Shown: one piece after another, positions 38,916 to 46,601 of the stretch
Position numbering within the stretch: position 1 is the first letter of the stretch
How the letters are laid out: each line of letters starts with the position of its first letter
Assembly: GCA_025360345.1 (NCBI GenBank)
Contig: JANYCJ010000170.1
Location: forward strand, 1 to 51,113
DNA: 51,113 nt
Source: Alphaproteobacteria bacterium
GTDB lineage: Bacteria > Pseudomonadota > Alphaproteobacteria > Rickettsiales > SXRF01
Reading direction: 5' to 3'
Position numbers and translations under genes: made by a program
The notes under the pieces: generated by a model
Databases searched by the model: none
Told to the model about the DNA's origin: nothing
The model's input: the letters and a program-made list of their open reading frames with translations, nothing else

Positions 38916-38968
38916 ACCAGAGGGTCATTCCCTTCTGGCTGGCTTCTTGTGCCAGAGAAGGAGGAATC

Positions 38969-39769
38969 ATGTCATTAAAGCCTTGCCGCGAATGCGGGGA
39001 ACAAATCAGCTCACATGCGCGTAATTGCCCTAAGTGTGGGATCAAAAAACTAATCAATAAAAAAACATTATGGCTTCCTCTCGGCCTAGGGCTTTTTACT
39101 ATACCCATCGCATATACCTTTGCCCCACCGGTTACGGTACTGCGAGTCAAAGCGGAATTAGGGTTTGCCGAAGCGCAATATCGCTTCAGCCGTATCTATC
39201 ATAATGGTGATGGCGTACCGCAAAATTCTGAAGAGTCATTCAAGTGGCTTCAAAAAGCCGGTGAAGGCGGTAATGCGGAGGCACAAAAAAGTCTTGGTTT
39301 TATCTATCGAACCGGGGAAGAAATACCAAACGGCAAAGAAGTGGTGCGCGACGATGTAAAAGCAAAAGAATGGTATAAAAAGGCTGCGGCTCTCGGCGAT
39401 ACGGAAGCGCAATTTATTCTGGGCACGGTCTATCACGAAAGCCAGAATTTACCTACTCGCGAGGGCAGCTGTGCCTGGACAGTTATAACCGAGATTGGAC
39501 ACAGGCTCCAGGACGGAGCAAATGGCTTTGGCATTCCCGGTTCTGGTTCCTCAGTTCAATATTCCAATGGCGGTTTTCAAGTATCATATGATGAGGTTGA
39601 TGCAGTTACACATTCTCGTACAGGCGACAAGGTAATTATTTGCTTAATTGAAGCACCAAGAAACTGCCCAGCGGGCGACATTAGAGGTTACGCTTATATT
39701 ACAACCAATCTTCGGATAATGGAGTCGTGGATAATGGGTGACTCTTCGCATAGCTGCGGAGGTGCTTAA
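38969..39769 (+). CDS. Zinc-ribbon / TM / Sel1-repeat protein with a Cys-containing C-terminal domain
   Basis: CRECG..IS..A..CPKCG, one TM segment, AEAQY...Y..G.GV.QN..E...W..KA.E.G..EAQ..LG repeats; AAGGAGG RBS. Confidence 0.8.
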   Translation: MSLKPCRECGEQISSHARNCPKCGIKKLINKKTLWLPLGLGLFTIPIAYTFAPPVTVLRVKAELGFAEAQYRFSRIYHNGDGVPQNSEESFKWLQKAGEGGNAEAQKSLGFIYRTGEEIPNGKEVVRDDVKAKEWYKKAAALGDTEAQFILGTVYHESQNLPTREGSCAWTVITEIGHRLQDGANGFGIPGSGSSVQYSNGGFQVSYDEVDAVTHSRTGDKVIICLIEAPRNCPAGDIRGYAYITTNLRIMESWIMGDSSHSCGGA

Positions 39770-39813
39770 TTGCATGGGAAAGGATTATCAATGTCGCTAA
39801 AATCATTCATCCA

Positions 39814-39950
39814 TATCGTAAGTGGTCCTAGTGCACCGCTAAGCACTCTTCTTCCGTTATGGTCGAGGAGGCGCATGTGTATGTTCAAGCCTCGGCTAAA
39901 GACATGCGCGACCTCTCTTACGATAGTTTTACAAACTCCTCGATAACCAT
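39814..39950 (+). ncRNA. Candidate pseudoknotted structured RNA, copy B
   Basis: Helices TATCGTAAG/CTTACGATA, GCGCATGT/ACATGCGC and TCGAGGAG/CTCCTCGA (crossing); loop ATGTTCAAGCCTCGGCTAAAG. Confidence 0.65.
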
Positions 39951-39965
39951 CGCGGGAGAATTCAT

Positions 39966-40694
39966 ATGCCTAAATCAAAATGTTATGCCCTGATATGGGC
40001 GCCACTATTTTTATGGGGATGTGTAAACCCACAGGTGGAGGAGTATAAGCAACAGTGTGTCGCTGGTGCGCGAGAAACAGAAAAGACAACCCAAGGTAAA
40101 TCGGTCGCTCAATGGTCAAAAACTTATACGGCAAGCCCAGACACTAAACCAGCATACATGCGCGGTTTATCTAATTCAGCGCGCTCATGCGCAGAGGTTT
40201 TGAACGCAAGCCCCGATTTCCAACACGAAGTTGGTTTTTTAACAGGCTTTGCCGACTCAATTGAGAAGGAATACATGGGAAAAGAAAAAGCTCGATTCTT
40301 TAAGAAAGCTGACGGAAGAAAATTCTGTACGGGTCAGCAGAAAAACCCCATGGATAGCGAAATAGTCAGTTTTTTCTATTATCCTAACGCTATGCCATTG
40401 GATGATTGCATTTACATGCTGGCACCCAATGCAATGCCGCTTACTGTTATGCAAACATTGCCAGAAGGCGTTTTAGTTACTGCGCGATGGACGCAGGTGC
40501 CTGGAAAAATTATGTTTATATACAATGATAACAAGAAAGAAAATATGCTCGCAGACGGTGCGGGTGTTGCTCCAGGATATTTTGTTTATGCTGGAAAGTA
40601 TCCTTATGTTAGTATCACCGGCCATCGGAGCGTTTATGCCTTTCGGCGCATTGATAATCCATCAGAAGGAAATGCATTTTTCAGCGGATATTAG
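39966..40694 (+). CDS. Hypothetical lipoprotein
   Basis: Basic N-terminus, hydrophobic stretch, LWG|C lipobox; GGAG RBS. Confidence 0.7.
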   Translation: MPKSKCYALIWAPLFLWGCVNPQVEEYKQQCVAGARETEKTTQGKSVAQWSKTYTASPDTKPAYMRGLSNSARSCAEVLNASPDFQHEVGFLTGFADSIEKEYMGKEKARFFKKADGRKFCTGQQKNPMDSEIVSFFYYPNAMPLDDCIYMLAPNAMPLTVMQTLPEGVLVTARWTQVPGKIMFIYNDNKKENMLADGAGVAPGYFVYAGKYPYVSITGHRSVYAFRRIDNPSEGNAFFSGY

Positions 40695-41107
40695 CTTTTT
40701 ATAAAAGCATTATAAGCAATTGTAGCTTCTTCCAGCGTTATGGGTTCTGGGTGAAGCGTTTTGCAAGGAGAGCATGCAATTGAGTTTTCGATCCGTCCTT
40801 CGGTATAATAGATAAGCATCTGTAGGTTACGGGCATTCATGCAGGTTAAAGCATTTTTGAGCATGCCTACCGCGATTAATCTTGCTGGCGTAGTCATACC
40901 GTTTCCCATCTTTTCCAATCGGCGAAATTCGGTAGGAAGGTCCATGGGGTCGATCATCTGTTTTGCTAGATATTTTAGCTCGGCGCGGATTAAATAAAAT
41001 TCTTTCTTACCTTTACGTCCAGCCGCGGCAGCGTCCATAGATCTGGCGCCAAAACGAGTATGTGTTCCAAATTCGGCAATGTTTGGATTCCCACGATGAC
41101 TGGGCAT
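40691..41107 (-). CDS. Hypothetical protein, possibly terminase small-subunit-like
   Basis: GNPN...TRFG...AAAAGRKG N-terminus reminiscent of phage TerS-type proteins; follows the replication genes. Confidence 0.4.
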   Translation of the reverse strand: MPSHRGNPNIAEFGTHTRFGARSMDAAAAGRKGKKEFYLIRAELKYLAKQMIDPMDLPTEFRRLEKMGNGMTTPARLIAVGMLKNALTCMNARNLQMLIYYTEGRIENSIACSPCKTLHPEPITLEEATIAYNAFIKS

Positions 41108-41287
41108 TTTCAACCGTTCCTTATTTGCATCATCAAGGAATTTATCAATTTACCTAGAAGTTTTGGGTCAGAGATGTGCTAAGGTAAGCAATAGCAGGCA
41201 GGTAGATAGACTCAGGATGCGTTACCTACTGTAATATTCCTATACCCTTTCACGAAGAAAGCCAAATCTACCGAAGAATTCCATGTT

Positions 41288-42448
41288 TTATGTATGGCAC
41301 TCTTCGATATTATTGGCATCCTTCGCAGGGAGTAGTATCCACACCCACCCCTGATCCATACCTTGTTTCTTTGCTTTGATGCCCAATTCATCCTTAGCAC
41401 GCTTGATAGTACGCTGCGCTATGCAGGCATCGGCAGCCTGCTTATAAACCTCCTTTGCGCTTACAGGCCCTTCCGCCAATACCTCGCGCAAGAAATTTAT
41501 TGCATCCTGTAAAGCACTCTTTTCTTCTTTACCGTTCCCGGCCTGTCCTTGCTCCGCCAGCACATCATTAGCTGTTTGGTGAACGATGGCATCTTCCCAA
41601 ACGATATAAGAGGTTTCAATACCGCTTTTCAATGTACAGGGCTTTATACTGAAGGCTAGGCCAGTGCGATCATTGCCGATATTATTCTTGATGGGCAGAA
41701 ATAGACGACGGGAGGGTTCTGCGCTATCGGCACCGACAAAGAATGCCGCACGCGCCGCCGCAACAAAAGCCAGGCTGCCGGTGACGCGCATCATTGCTTC
41801 ATTACCAGCAGATTTATTCAAATGGGAGATACATACCAGTGCTACATTGCGCCGCGCTGCCATTTCAGCCAAAGGGGCTAACATGCCACGGACATCAGCA
41901 GTTTTATGACTATCTACGCCGCCCATATAGGCTGTAATAGGGTCAATCACTACCAGAGCAATATCAGGTTTTTCTTCAAGCAATTGATCGAGCCGTGCTA
42001 TATCTTCCTGTAAAGTAAAGCTTCTTTGTTGCGCCTTGCCTTCCTTATCCAGGCTGGACACTGAATCGAGAATAAAAATACGTTTAGAATCAGCGCCAGC
42101 CGCATCCATTCGAGGTCGGATAGTATCAGCAGCATCATCTTCAGCACTGAGGAAGGCCACGTCACCTAACTCGCAATTACCACCATTAGCGGGCCATCCA
42201 CCACCCGTAGTAACAATAGCCGCAAGACTAGCTGTAAGCTGGCTTTTCCCTAAACCGGGATTTCCGGCAATCATGGTGAGTTTTCCACGAGCTATCATCC
42301 TCGGCCACAACCAGTAAACTGGCTTTGGCTGAATATCAGACATGCGACGATAGTTGATGCCAGATTTTCCCACGCTGGCATTTTTCTTGGTTGATGTTTC
42401 TTCCCACGCGCTATCTGCTGCATTAAATGCATTTTCAGGCTTAATCAT
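41288..42448 (-). CDS. AAA_25 / RepA-like helicase
   Basis: Walker A GNPGLGKS, SAEDD...TI.PR..AAGAD, Walker B LVVIDP, HLNK, GSLAFVAAAR; ATGA-coupled to the primase. Confidence 0.88.
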   Translation of the reverse strand: MIKPENAFNAADSAWEETSTKKNASVGKSGINYRRMSDIQPKPVYWLWPRMIARGKLTMIAGNPGLGKSQLTASLAAIVTTGGGWPANGGNCELGDVAFLSAEDDAADTIRPRMDAAGADSKRIFILDSVSSLDKEGKAQQRSFTLQEDIARLDQLLEEKPDIALVVIDPITAYMGGVDSHKTADVRGMLAPLAEMAARRNVALVCISHLNKSAGNEAMMRVTGSLAFVAAARAAFFVGADSAEPSRRLFLPIKNNIGNDRTGLAFSIKPCTLKSGIETSYIVWEDAIVHQTANDVLAEQGQAGNGKEEKSALQDAINFLREVLAEGPVSAKEVYKQAADACIAQRTIKRAKDELGIKAKKQGMDQGWVWILLPAKDANNIEECHT

Positions 42449-43338
42449 ACGGTATACCTTTTGGCAATATCTGCCCAATCGAGACCGAACTTAGATGGCG
42501 TCACAATCCGAACTTCATGCCCCGCAGTGTGCCAGCGTTTTTCGCACCGTTGAGCGGCTATTAACCCTGCCTTATCGTAGTCAGCAAAAATGGTAAGACT
42601 TTCAATTCCCGGCAACACCGGAAAGTTGGCAATATTGCTAGCATCGACCGCTGCCCATACTGGACCCCAACCCGCTGCCATGACCGCCAAAGCGGTTTCA
42701 ATACCTTCTCCAATACCTAGCCCCAGCAACACATTAACATCATCAGTAAGGCGTATCACACCCCCTGTCTTGCGGTGTCCTTTCAGCAGCACCTTAGGGC
42801 GTTCCACCGGCGCTTTACCGCTACCGTCTTCTAGAAGCAGTGTAAAATGAAGGGAGAGGGGTTTTCCTGTTAAAGCGTCCGTGATACGCGCCACCATTGC
42901 CGGATACCATGATTTTTTCGCAGGCAAAAATCGCAGGTCAGCATGGTTTGGAATTAAGCAGCCTCGGCTACGCAAATAACTTTCTGCCGGGGTTCCGATG
43001 ATAGGTATGGTTGATCGCCAGTTATGATCGGCACGCTCAGACCATTCAAGCGAATTGCCACGGATGGTCGCTTCATTTGTTTTGAGTTGTTTGCCAACTA
43101 TATGAAGCCGCTTCATATTAGCACCGTCAATTAATCCCATTCGGCGCAGTGCTGTAAACACGTCACGCGCATCACAACCCGCGAAGCAATGCACCAGCAG
43201 ACGTCCACCGTCTCCATCGGCGACACTTAACGACGGGTTATGATCATCATGGGCAGGACAAGGTATCAACCAACCATTGCCGTTTTTTATGCCGCCAAGA
43301 ACGCGGGCTAAGGCTTCCGCAATGACCTTGTAATCCAT
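42445..43338 (-). CDS. Primase-like protein (zinc finger + Toprim)
   Basis: CPAHDDHNPSLS...HCFAGC zinc finger, YLRSRG, IGEGIETALA, IFADYD, DWAD. Confidence 0.88.
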   Translation of the reverse strand: MDYKVIAEALARVLGGIKNGNGWLIPCPAHDDHNPSLSVADGDGGRLLVHCFAGCDARDVFTALRRMGLIDGANMKRLHIVGKQLKTNEATIRGNSLEWSERADHNWRSTIPIIGTPAESYLRSRGCLIPNHADLRFLPAKKSWYPAMVARITDALTGKPLSLHFTLLLEDGSGKAPVERPKVLLKGHRKTGGVIRLTDDVNVLLGLGIGEGIETALAVMAAGWGPVWAAVDASNIANFPVLPGIESLTIFADYDKAGLIAAQRCEKRWHTAGHEVRIVTPSKFGLDWADIAKRYTV

Positions 43339-43346
43339 GGCTAGCC

Positions 43347-43568
43347 TTACTCTGCTGCGCTTATAGTACGTGATGTAAGGAAGCGTTCTACCGCTTCACG
43401 CTTATAACGCACTAAACGGCCTACCTTGATATATTCCAGCTCAGGGTATCGTTTGGTTGAGCGCCATACCTCTAAAGTATGGGCGCTTTTCAGGTCAAGT
43501 AAACGCGCCGTTTCTTCAGAGGTAAGAAGGTTTCTATCGGTGAAATTTGTAGAAGTTATTGTAGCCAT
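43347..43568 (-). CDS. AlpA/excisionase-like HTH protein
   Basis: LLT..E.A..L.....TL..WR......L.YIKVGRLVRY....V..FL; AAGGA RBS. Confidence 0.85.
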   Translation of the reverse strand: MATITSTNFTDRNLLTSEETARLLDLKSAHTLEVWRSTKRYPELEYIKVGRLVRYKREAVERFLTSRTISAAE

Positions 43569-43737
43569 GATGAACATCCTTTGGTTAGGTTAAAGATGTT
43601 CAGATAATATGCATAAAATCTAGAGTGTCAGCCCCGCCAGCGGTTCAAGGGATACCCCTCGGAGGGGGCGGAGGGGACAGGCGACGACAACCACCGTTAT
43701 CATTAATCGATACTGCTGCTGCCTTTAGTAAAAGCAT

Positions 43738-44199
43738 TTATGCAGGTGGAGTGGCATCCTTATTGCGGTCAATGTATGCAATTACACGCCGACATAGCGC
43801 AACGAATTCATCATGATTCAAATCATTTTTTGCATCATTCGTGCGCCAGCCACAGATTTTAAAATCTGCTTCGCCGAGGCCGTCGCCGACATGATCGACA
43901 GTTGGTAGCAGAGCTAGCGATTTCTTATAATGACGGCCATGAGCTTTTGATTCATCGTTATTATATTGACGAATTAAAGACCAATCGAGATTTTCGCCGG
44001 TGTAATAATCAGCGCCATCAGAGACAACAACAGCCGTATGAATTGCTATTTTATAGGACTCATTGGTCGCTGTCACATTGCCGCGCTTCCGATCACGTTT
44101 CACATGAGCAACGGCTTTCCTATGAAGCCATTTTTCATAATTATCCTGCGTTAGCAATGTAGATAGAAATGTGGGAAGTTTATATTTACGTTCAGTCAT
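43738..44199 (-). CDS. Hypothetical protein with HNH-like nuclease motif
   Basis: DYYTGE.L...PTVDH...ICGWRTNDAKND....EF...C. Confidence 0.55.
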   Translation of the reverse strand: MTERKYKLPTFLSTLLTQDNYEKWLHRKAVAHVKRDRKRGNVTATNESYKIAIHTAVVVSDGADYYTGENLDWSLIRQYNNDESKAHGRHYKKSLALLPTVDHVGDGLGEADFKICGWRTNDAKNDLNHDEFVALCRRVIAYIDRNKDATPPA

Positions 44200-44225
44200 T
44201 ATTAGTCATTCACCTCATCCCACAG

Positions 44226-44915
44226 CTATTTACTATTGCCGCCTTGCCTTGCAACGGGACAGCGAATAATTGTATCCATCATATCGGCGCGTGATTTACT
44301 GAATCCGGCTATACCGCGCTTTTTTGCCTCTTCCATAAGCCAATTTACAACCGAATTTTTAAACGGAGCCTTGCTAGCATCAGGCTTGGTTAGATCGTAA
44401 TCTTTCCAAAATTTTTCTACCGCATCATGCATCAGTTCCATATCCGGCGTACAGTATGAGAGTTTTGCTTTATGTTGTTTTGGAACGTTTTGATTTATAG
44501 TGACTTCGTGTTGTTTGATAATCTCGGCTAGCGCAGGCGGAATAGTAAAGTGCTTGCTTTTTGCCCACCCAATCCATTTCTGGCGATGGCATTTAAGATT
44601 GTGATATTGGCCTAACCAATCAATTTCACGATGGCCTAACTCATTCATAGCTATAGTGGTAAAATCGATGTAGCTCTGCCGAAGTTGAGTGTCGCTAATA
44701 TATTTTAACTGTGTGCCGCCACAATCTAATGGCTCGAACCCATGTATCAGCGCTGCCGCTTCCCATAATGTCCAATCATTTTTTCTTGTCCAGAAATCGT
44801 AACGAGGGTTAAGATTTTCGGGAGGCACGTTTTTAGCCGTGAGATGAGCATTCTGTAGCAATTCAAAATAATTTATATCTGAAGTGGGGGTATCTTTTTT
44901 GGGTTTGTTGCTCAT
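44226..44915 (-). CDS. Hypothetical protein
   Basis: 229-aa ORF coupled to the integrase stop; WTLWEAAALIHG.EP motif seen in island proteins. Confidence 0.65.
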   Translation of the reverse strand: MSNKPKKDTPTSDINYFELLQNAHLTAKNVPPENLNPRYDFWTRKNDWTLWEAAALIHGFEPLDCGGTQLKYISDTQLRQSYIDFTTIAMNELGHREIDWLGQYHNLKCHRQKWIGWAKSKHFTIPPALAEIIKQHEVTINQNVPKQHKAKLSYCTPDMELMHDAVEKFWKDYDLTKPDASKAPFKNSVVNWLMEEAKKRGIAGFSKSRADMMDTIIRCPVARQGGNSK

Positions 44916-46348
44916 TTTTTCCTCATCGCAATTACTTCCGCCGATGGCATCACACCCGCCGCGCCGAATATGGCGGTGAGGGCTTTATTCCGCGCCTGTA
45001 TCACAGGGTCTTGTTGCAGGCGTGAATAGACAGCGGTAGCAGTTGCCGATTTATGATTAAGCTGCCGTCCGATAATAACTGTGGATGCGCCTGTGCCTGC
45101 CATCCAGCTGCCGAGTGTGCGCCGCAGGTCATGGATACGGAGATTACGTAGGCCGAGGGCAGTGATATCCAGTTTCAGCTTATTAGCTATATCCCGGTAT
45201 TCTGATATTGCCTGCCCCAGCCTGCCGATAGCTTCGATTTTAGCTTCCTGTATTTTTTCTATGTCCCATTTGTTAGTCTCAGCGATTAGCCCGATAAGCT
45301 GAAATAGCTCTGTCCGCGCTAATATGCGTTCCCAGCCCTTGCGGGGTTCGACAAGATGCCCGGCGCTGCCAGCGCTGGGGAATACCCATTTGCTGGCATT
45401 AGCGGCTAACTTTACCTCATATTCCCCGGCATCTTTATCGGCTGCCCTGGCCTTGTATTCTTTGATTTTGGCTTTACGGTTTTCCAGTATCCGCAGCATG
45501 GCGCCCTGTGTGTCATCTAGCGATATAATTTGCGGAGTGCCGTTCTTGGTTTCCGGTATGCGCCATTCTTTGCGCTCGAAGCTGATCTCATCCCAACGCA
45601 TTGCCATCAAATTGGATCGCCGGACGCCGGTCAGTAACAATAGCATGAAATAATCCTGTAATAATTCGCTGGGCTCATGCGCCAATGACTCGAAAAATAC
45701 AGGCAATTCCTCCGATTGAATGAAGCGGTCGCGGGATTTCTCTGGAAATTTACGAATGCCCTGAGCAGGGTTTTGCTTGTTCCATAACCCCCATTCGATG
45801 GCTCGCCCGAATACGCCGCTGATAAGCGCCAATACGCGATTGGCAATGATAGGGCGGGTCTTACCAAGATCGGAATGCAAATTCGCTATATCTGTCTTTG
45901 TGATACGGGACAGCTTGCGCGAACTGATTTTGGTATAATCCTGAATATAGCGCCGGTAGTTGTGATGATCGGCTTCCCAGCTCTTTTTATGCGGCTTTGC
46001 CCAACGTTCAAGATATACGTCAAAAAGTTGCTTGAACGTCATTTCCGCTTTATCTGCCCGTATAGCATCATTGGGGTTTTCTTTGTTAGCGATGGCCGCA
46101 TTGATCGTCGTCGCTTTTTCCCGCGCTTTTTCTATGGATAAGTCAGGAAACCGCCCCAGCGTCACCCGTTCCGGCTTACCTTCAGTGGAAACCCACCGAT
46201 AAACGCTGAAAGTCTTAACGCCATTGCCGGTGACGCGTAATTGCAGGCCGTTAATCTTGGAATCATGATAGGTATCACGATCCCCCATTTTCGGCAGGGG
46301 TAACCCCTCTATATTACTCTTATTAAAAGTGATAATCCTCTTTGCCAT
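44912..46348 (-). CDS. int: Tyrosine integrase (P4-like, N-terminal arm-binding domain)
   Basis: D....GL.LRV...G.K.F...R.TLG.FP.LS...AR arm domain; catalytic R (TGVRR), K (TKNG), HDLRR, LNH, Y. Confidence 0.93.
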   Translation of the reverse strand: MAKRIITFNKSNIEGLPLPKMGDRDTYHDSKINGLQLRVTGNGVKTFSVYRWVSTEGKPERVTLGRFPDLSIEKAREKATTINAAIANKENPNDAIRADKAEMTFKQLFDVYLERWAKPHKKSWEADHHNYRRYIQDYTKISSRKLSRITKTDIANLHSDLGKTRPIIANRVLALISGVFGRAIEWGLWNKQNPAQGIRKFPEKSRDRFIQSEELPVFFESLAHEPSELLQDYFMLLLLTGVRRSNLMAMRWDEISFERKEWRIPETKNGTPQIISLDDTQGAMLRILENRKAKIKEYKARAADKDAGEYEVKLAANASKWVFPSAGSAGHLVEPRKGWERILARTELFQLIGLIAETNKWDIEKIQEAKIEAIGRLGQAISEYRDIANKLKLDITALGLRNLRIHDLRRTLGSWMAGTGASTVIIGRQLNHKSATATAVYSRLQQDPVIQARNKALTAIFGAAGVMPSAEVIAMRKK

Positions 46349-46505
46349 ACCAGCCCTTTCATCTATGGGGGTTAGTTCGGGGTTAGGAGGAGTGTGCAGT
46401 TTCAATAATTTTTACCTAACCCCATAGAGGTTTTGATAGCGGTAAGATATAGTTCTGTAAAGTATTATTGAGATTGATAAATCAACGTGCCGCATCTATA
46501 ACAGA

Positions 46506-46553
46506 GACTCTTAATCAATAGGTCGCTGGTTCGATCCCAGCACGGCCCACCAT
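46506..46553 (+). repeat. att site: duplicated 3' part of tRNA-Lys
   Basis: GACTCTTAATCAATAGGTCGCTGGTTCGATCCCAGCACGGCCCACCAT, identical to 38498-38545. Confidence 0.95.
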
Positions 46554-46601
46554 AGAACCCCGGCACACCAGGACACTTCTTACTTCAATTGAAAAATGCA
46601 C

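Larger units (their letters stand above)
38498..46553. mobile_element. ~8 kb tRNA-integrated phage-satellite-like island (int, alpA/xis, primase, helicase, cargo)
   Basis: Identical 48-bp direct repeats at 38498-38545 and 46506-46553; integrase at the distal end; visibly lower GC; no capsid or tail genes. Confidence 0.92.

Noticed and set aside
38750-39950. CRISPR repeats or integron attC sites
   Set aside because: Only two copies about 1 kb apart, no spacers or cas genes, no RYYYAAC/GTTRRRY ends, and the fold is pseudoknotted rather than a single hairpin.
41120-41287. Third copy of the structured element
   Set aside because: No CGGCTAAAG loop or matching helices found on either strand.
46349-46405. 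N-terminal extension of the integrase from the ORF track
   Set aside because: The extension just translates the arm-site repeats; the ATG at 46348 fits the family N-terminus.
46506-46553. Second tRNA-Lys gene
   Set aside because: Only the 3' 48 nt are present, without the D-arm or 5' acceptor strand; it is the att duplication.
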